Below, piece after piece: positions 59,064 to 64,000 of a stretch of 64,000 bases of DNA (position 1 is its first letter; every line of letters begins with the position of its first letter). Origin of the DNA: Gammaproteobacteria bacterium (GTDB lineage Bacteria; Pseudomonadota; Gammaproteobacteria; DSM-19610); assembly GCA_026197075.1 (NCBI GenBank), contig JAPHQV010000030.1, positions 4,531 through 68,530 on the forward strand, given 5' to 3'. A model generated the notes under the pieces. That model worked only from the letters and a program-made list of their open reading frames with translations, was not told the origin of the DNA and searched no databases. Position numbers and translations under genes: made by a program.

Positions 59064-59489
59064 TTACGGACAGTCACCGATGCGCCGTCCCGTCATGGTC
59101 TGGGTCATTTTCATCGGCCCCATGGGGCTGCCGTCCATGGTCATGACCACGTCGCCCTCATAGCGATCACCGGAATAGACGATCTTCCCGTGGCCGGTCA
59201 TGGTCATGCCGTCCTGTTTGCATTGCACCCGCCAGGTGACCGTCTTGCCGCTGGTACTGTGTTCGAGCACTTCACACTCCTGGCCCGGGGACTCCATCTG
59301 TGGCACCAGGTCCTCCTCGGTGACACAGTTGCGATGGGTCATGGGCGGAGGCGACACGGGCAAGCCCTCGATCTCCGTTTCGATGTGGCTCTCCCAGAGG
59401 CCTGTCTTGACATCCATGGCCACTGCTCCCGTGCTCGCCAACAGCAGGCCACACAGGCCGAATCCTGCACAAAGCAATCTCTTGTTCAT
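59064..59489 (-). CDS. secreted DUF3617-like protein
   Basis: Internal ATG at 59489. Signal peptide MNKRLLCAGFGLCGLLLASTGAVA. Small beta-rich body with conserved Cys residues. Confidence 0.5.
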   Translation of the reverse strand: MNKRLLCAGFGLCGLLLASTGAVAMDVKTGLWESHIETEIEGLPVSPPPMTHRNCVTEEDLVPQMESPGQECEVLEHSTSGKTVTWRVQCKQDGMTMTGHGKIVYSGDRYEGDVVMTMDGSPMGPMKMTQTMTGRRIGDCP

Positions 59490-59794
59490 GTTTCTGTCCT
59501 TGTTTTTCCCCAATGGAGCGCGGAGGTTGCGTACCCCCCATGCGCGTGGCGCGGGCTACCTTGGACTGTCACACCGGCCGGCCCGAACCGCCTTGACACG
59601 GTACCGCATTGTGACATGAATGTCCCCCGCGGGCGCCCACATCCCGGGGCGGAAAATCTCCATGCCTGCCGACCGCGATACGCCTTGCCGCCCGCTGGCA
59701 TTGTGGGTACCTTAAACCCGCTGCCGATCCATATGAAGCGCACCTCACCGGGTGCCCGGATTCAGCCACTTTCCGAAAGACGACAGGACGGAAC

Positions 59795-60163
59795 ATGCCG
59801 CAGCGCCAGGACGATTCCAACCTCGACGCCACCGCCGCCATCAACCAGGTGCTGGCTGCGGAACGGGATGCCAACCAGGCCATTGCCGAGGCCGAACGGG
59901 CGGGCGCTGAACGGCTGGAAGCCGCCCGACAGCGTGCGGCGCGCATCCTGCGCCATGCCGACAGCCGCATCACGCTCATCCACCAGCGCTGCAGCCAGGG
60001 GATGGCCCACGCCATCGACAAACAGATCCTCGAGCATCACCGGCGGCTCGCCGAGCTCAGCCAGCGCCTGGATCTCGACGACACCCATGTGGATACCATC
60101 GTCGCCGAACTGGCCGCCGCCCTCAGCGCGACGGGTGGGGACCGGAACCATGATGCGGATTGA
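59795..60163 (+). CDS. V/A-type ATPase small coiled-coil stator subunit (G/H-like)
   Basis: 122 aa Ala/Glu/Arg-rich helix (AINQVLAAERDANQAIAEAERAGAERLEAARQRAARIL). First gene of the operon. Confidence 0.6.
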   Translation: MPQRQDDSNLDATAAINQVLAAERDANQAIAEAERAGAERLEAARQRAARILRHADSRITLIHQRCSQGMAHAIDKQILEHHRRLAELSQRLDLDDTHVDTIVAELAAALSATGGDRNHDAD

Positions 60164-60941
60164 GGCCGGACGCTACGACTATATCCAGACGCGCTTGCAG
60201 GCACGCCATGCACGGCATCCCGATGCCGCCCTGTGGCAGCGCCTGGGTGCCCTGCGCGACCTGCCGCTGTTCCTGCAAACGGGTCGCGCCAGCGGACTGC
60301 GTCCCTGGCTGGAAGGACTGGCGCCGGATACCTCTCCCCACCGCATGGAACAATTGCTGCGCCAGCGTTTTCGGAACGAGGTCCACCTGGTGGCCGGCTG
60401 GCAACCACGCCCCTGGCAGGCCGCCACTGCCTGGATCGCTCATTGGATGGATTTGCCGGCCCTGGGGGGGCTGTTGCGACGCGAAGCCGTGCCGGAGTGG
60501 ATGCACCAGGATCCGGACTATGCACCCCTCGCCAGGTTGCCGCGCGCCGCGCGCCGCGAGGCCTTGTTACAGACCCGGTGGGCGGCACTTCTGCACCCGC
60601 CAGCGGCTGACGCAGACTTGCGACAGGCCTGGTTCGATCATTGGCGACGCCTGTGGCCCGGGCATGAAAACCCTGTCCGCGCCGGCGTCGAGATACTGGC
60701 ACAGGGACTGGCGGCCCAGCCCGCAGTGCGGGCCGGCACCCCGGCCGCGGATCGGCGCCAGCGCGAACAATGGCGCGCCTGGCTGCTGATCCGGTTTCGA
60801 CGCATGACGCGCGCACCGGTCAGCGCCATGCTGTACCTGTTCCTGGTGGAACAGAATCTCGAACGCCTGCGCGGCACCCTGCTGCAACGACGCCTGTTTC
60901 CCGAACTCCGGACGGGGGATGCCGATGGCCCTGCGCCCTGA
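60150..60941 (+). CDS. atpC: V/A-type ATPase subunit C (eukaryotic d-like), short form
   Basis: N-terminus YDYIQTRLQARHARH and C-terminus LFLVEQNLERLRGTLLQRRL match the family end motifs (Y.Y..aR.ra ... E.NLR.I). It is read from the 3' part of the artefactual ORF 58977..60941. Confidence 0.65.
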   Translation: MMRIEAGRYDYIQTRLQARHARHPDAALWQRLGALRDLPLFLQTGRASGLRPWLEGLAPDTSPHRMEQLLRQRFRNEVHLVAGWQPRPWQAATAWIAHWMDLPALGGLLRREAVPEWMHQDPDYAPLARLPRAARREALLQTRWAALLHPPAADADLRQAWFDHWRRLWPGHENPVRAGVEILAQGLAAQPAVRAGTPAADRRQREQWRAWLLIRFRRMTRAPVSAMLYLFLVEQNLERLRGTLLQRRLFPELRTGDADGPAP

Positions 60942-62790
60942 AACCGCCCATTGGTTCGAATGCCTGGTTGCCCGCGAGGATCTTCCGGCCAGTCTCGAGA
61001 TCCTGGCCGCCAGCGGCGAGATCCAGCTGAGCGCGGAACCTGCCATGCAGGAGCACGAATCCCTCACCGATCTCGGTGAACTGCTGGAAGAATTCCATCA
61101 GCTGGCCGCACGCTATCACCCCTACTGGCCGCCCGCCATTGCACCCGCCAACGTCGCGGGCAAGCCGGCCCGTACCCTGCAGACAGCTTTGCGGACCCTG
61201 CGCGACTGGGCCGGCACGAGTGATGCCCGCATCCTGGAGCTGGAACGCCTGCAAGCCGAGGATGCCGACCTCGACCGGCTACGGGAATGGCTGCATGCGC
61301 TACCACAACAAACGCTGGACCTGGGATGGCTGGTGAATGTCGGACCCTTGCTGAGTGTGCAGCTCTACCGGGTCCATGAGCAGGGTGAACTGTCGGAGCC
61401 CCCGCCCCCCTGGCTATGCTGGACCCTGGCCCGACCAGCGGGTCAAGACCAGGGTCCGCTGCAGGCCGCAACCGGGTACCGTCTCCTGATCGGCCCGGCC
61501 GCACAGAACGAAGATCTCGCCCATGAATTGAGCGCCCAGCGGGTGCGCCGCATCCCGCTGCCTGCCTGGCTGCACGGTACGCCGCGTGCGGCCGCCGCCC
61601 AGGTGGAGGCGCAACTCGAGATGGATGCGCGGCGCATCGTCCTGTTACAACGGGAGCTGCACGATTCCTGGGAGGCATACAAGCTTGGCGAGCGCCTGGG
61701 AGAAATCGCCCGCCTCGACTGGTTCCTGCGCCAGGGACGCTACCAGGTGAACAGTGACAACCTCGCCTGGATTCGCGGCTGGAGCAGCGCCCACGATGCC
61801 GCGGGCCTGCAGGCCCGCCTGGCAGGTGCTGGCGTGCGTGCCCTGGTGCAGTTCAGCCTTCCACCGGCCGGTCACGCACCACCCCTGGTACTGCGCAATC
61901 CCCGCTGGGCGCGCCCCTTCGAACTGTTCACGCGCCTGCTCGGCATGCCCTCCGCCGAGGAGGCCGATCCCAGCCGCATCCTGGCCCTGGTGGTGCCACT
62001 GCTGTTCGGTTACATGTTCGGTGACGTAGGCCAGGGGCTGGTCCTGCTGCTGGCGGGCCTGTGGCTGCGGCGCCGCTGGCCCGCCAGCAGCCTGCTTATT
62101 CCCGCCGGCGCCAGCGCCATGCTGTTCGGCCTGCTGTTCGGGAGTGTCTTCACCCGCGAGGACCTGATCCCGGCCCTGTGGCTGCATCCCATGGACCAGC
62201 CCCTGCTGGTCCTGGCCGTGCCCCTGGTATTCGGCGTGCTGCTGCTCTTGCTGGGCCTGCTGCTCAATGGTCTGGAGGCCGCCTGGCGCAATGCCGCACG
62301 CCACTGGTGGTGGTGCGAGGCGCCGGTGGTGCTCCTGTACCTGGGGCTGCTGGGCCTGTTGCTCCACCCCGGCGCGGTACACGCCCTCTGGCTTGGACTG
62401 GGCTGGGCACTGCTCGGCGGCCTGGTCACCGGCCAGGGCCATCCCGCCGCGCGCCTGGGGCTGGCCTTGGGTGCGCTGTTCGAGCAGCTGTTCCAACTGG
62501 CCGTCAACAGCCTGTCCTTCTCCCGCGTGGGCGCCTTCGCCCTGGCCCACGCGGGCCTGTCCCAGGCGGTGGTAGCGCTGGCCGGCCTGGCCGGTCACGG
62601 CGGCTGGATGGTGCTGGTGCTGGGGAATCTGTTCATACTCGCCCTGGAAGGACTGGTGGTGTCCATCCAGACCACGCGCCTGGTGTTGTTCGAATTCTTC
62701 ATCCGCTTCCTGCGCGCCGAGGGCCTCGGTTTCCGGCCGCTGCCCGCACCCGATTATCCCGCCTTCACGATCACAAGGAGTTCCTCATGA
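60919..62790 (+). CDS. atpI: V/A-type ATPase subunit I (a)
   Basis: 623 aa. Soluble N-terminal half, then about 7 TM helices. C-terminal ...SFSRVGAFALAHAGL... carries the essential Arg context. Confidence 0.85.
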   Translation: MPMALRPETAHWFECLVAREDLPASLEILAASGEIQLSAEPAMQEHESLTDLGELLEEFHQLAARYHPYWPPAIAPANVAGKPARTLQTALRTLRDWAGTSDARILELERLQAEDADLDRLREWLHALPQQTLDLGWLVNVGPLLSVQLYRVHEQGELSEPPPPWLCWTLARPAGQDQGPLQAATGYRLLIGPAAQNEDLAHELSAQRVRRIPLPAWLHGTPRAAAAQVEAQLEMDARRIVLLQRELHDSWEAYKLGERLGEIARLDWFLRQGRYQVNSDNLAWIRGWSSAHDAAGLQARLAGAGVRALVQFSLPPAGHAPPLVLRNPRWARPFELFTRLLGMPSAEEADPSRILALVVPLLFGYMFGDVGQGLVLLLAGLWLRRRWPASSLLIPAGASAMLFGLLFGSVFTREDLIPALWLHPMDQPLLVLAVPLVFGVLLLLLGLLLNGLEAAWRNAARHWWWCEAPVVLLYLGLLGLLLHPGAVHALWLGLGWALLGGLVTGQGHPAARLGLALGALFEQLFQLAVNSLSFSRVGAFALAHAGLSQAVVALAGLAGHGGWMVLVLGNLFILALEGLVVSIQTTRLVLFEFFIRFLRAEGLGFRPLPAPDYPAFTITRSSS

Positions 62791-63134
62791 AACGTCCCGT
62801 ATTTGCCATTGCCCTTACCCTGTTCACCGGCCTGCTGTGCCTGCTGGGTACCGGCCTGCTGTTCCTGCAACCGGCCCTGGCCGCCGACACCGCCGCCGCC
62901 CCGGCCCTGGATCCGGGTGTGCTGCAGTGGGGCTATGTGGCGGCGGCCCTGGCCACGGGACTGGCGGCCCTGGGAGCCGGTTTCGCAGTGGCCAGCGTGG
63001 GCAGCGCGGCCATCGGCGCGGTGACGGAAAAACCCGAACTGCTGGGACGCACCCTCATCTTCGTGGGCCTGGCCGAGGGGATCGCCATCTACGGCCTGAT
63101 CATCTCCATCCTGATCCTCAACCGGCTCGGCTGA
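62787..63134 (+). CDS. atpK: V/A-type ATPase proteolipid subunit K (c)
   Basis: AAGGAG RBS and ATGA overlap with atpI. GLAALGAGFAVASVGSAAIGAVTEKPE...IFVGLAEGIAIYGLIISILIL hairpin with the carboxylate Glu. Confidence 0.85.
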   Translation: MKRPVFAIALTLFTGLLCLLGTGLLFLQPALAADTAAAPALDPGVLQWGYVAAALATGLAALGAGFAVASVGSAAIGAVTEKPELLGRTLIFVGLAEGIAIYGLIISILILNRLG

Positions 63135-63445
63135 TGGACACTCCCCAGGGCAACCCGGTCTATCTCGGCGATGAGCTCGGCGCCACGGGATACCGGCTCG
63201 CAGGCGCCGAGAGCTTCGTGATCTCCAGCGACCACGAACTCGAAGCGCGGCTCGAGTCCGCCCTGGCGCATGCCTCGCTGGTATTGCTGGGAGCCGCCGT
63301 GGCACAGCGGCTCCCAGCGGAACGCCTGCAGTCACTGCTGCGCGGGACACGTCCGCTGGTGACGGTAGTACCCGATTTCAGCAGCCACGCCGTACCACCC
63401 GACCTGTCCGGCTGGCTGCGCGGCCAACTGGGGATGAACCCATGA
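63134..63445 (+). CDS. atpF: V/A-type ATPase subunit F
   Basis: 103 aa. VYLGDELGATGYRLAGAE...LVLLGAAVAQRL. Its start overlaps the atpK stop by one base. Confidence 0.75.
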   Translation: MDTPQGNPVYLGDELGATGYRLAGAESFVISSDHELEARLESALAHASLVLLGAAVAQRLPAERLQSLLRGTRPLVTVVPDFSSHAVPPDLSGWLRGQLGMNP

Positions 63446-64000
63446 ATGATAACCTCGCAGGCCCGAGCACGGCCCTGATGGAACTGATCACCACCAGTGG
63501 CCATGGCCGCTGCGCCACGGTCCTGGAACAGGCACAAGGACAGGCGCGCGAGCGGGTGCGCAACGCCTTCCGGGAGGCGCGCCGCCGGGTGGCGCGCGCC
63601 ATCAGCGGGGAACGTCTGCGCGCGCACAGCCTGCTGGCAAGTCATGAGGCGCGCCTGGAAACCCAGGATCGCCAGCGTTACCAGGACAGTGTGCAACACC
63701 TGCTGGCGCGTGCGCGTAACCGCCTGGATGCCGCGCTCCTGGCGCGCTGGACACAGGCCGACAGCCGCCGTCAATGGCTCGAACACCTGTTGAACCAGGC
63801 GCGGCATCGACTGCCTGCGACGACCTGGGTAATCGAGCATCCGGCCGGCTGGGACACCACTGAACTCGACCCCTGGCAGGATGCCATCCGCACCCGGAGC
63901 GGCAGCGCACCGCAACTGCGTGTCGATCCGGCCCTGCGCGCCGGGGTGCGTATCCAGGCTGGCGGTGCCTGCCTGGATGGCAGCCTGGAAGGACTGCTGG
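63442..64000 (+). CDS. atpE: V/A-type ATPase subunit E. The 3' end runs off the window.
   Basis: Absent from the ORF track because there is no in-window stop. The ATG at 63442 has an ATGA overlap. The helical Arg/Ala-rich N-terminus and ...QLRVDPALRAGVRIQAGGACLDGSLEGLL resemble the Thermus subunit E C-terminal domain. Confidence 0.7.
   Translation, partial: MNDNLAGPSTALMELITTSGHGRCATVLEQAQGQARERVRNAFREARRRVARAISGERLRAHSLLASHEARLETQDRQRYQDSVQHLLARARNRLDAALLARWTQADSRRQWLEHLLNQARHRLPATTWVIEHPAGWDTTELDPWQDAIRTRSGSAPQLRVDPALRAGVRIQAGGACLDGSLEGLL

Overview
GC-rich chromosomal segment that looks gammaproteobacterial. I called 62 protein-coding genes and found no rRNA, tRNA, CRISPR array, transposase or integrase. 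Most of the window is housekeeping core genome. The gene order follows the one I recall from Pseudomonas and E. coli: rlmL, pepN ... serS, rarA, lolA, ftsK, trxB, aat, bpt, infA, clpA, clpS, cspD, monomeric icd, NUDIX, mnmA, hflD, [acnA], purB. After that come metH, ybbN, adk and signalling genes. Lineage-specific pieces sit between the conserved blocks.
- The start of a V/A-type ATPase operon at the right edge (59795 to the window end). This is the most interesting item.
- A CarH/LitR-type B12 photoreceptor-like MerR regulator. It is divergent from a Cys-rich peptide / DCC / CrcB / DUF190 unit that lies between serS and rarA. A palindrome sits on both divergent -35 boxes.
- A fused tandem TusE/DsrC protein.
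- A degenerate PLD-fold protein paired with a short secretin-like protein.
- A histidine kinase / LonH / NudF string.

The non-coding space holds three families of palindromic repeats. Almost all copies lie just downstream of stop codons. One family has about 30-bp arms built from three short sub-repeats around unrelated cores, and includes a variant with changes that preserve pairing on both arms.

I did not find an unambiguous novel multi-gene system such as a defence island. All product calls come from reading the translations and recognising motifs by eye. No searches were run.
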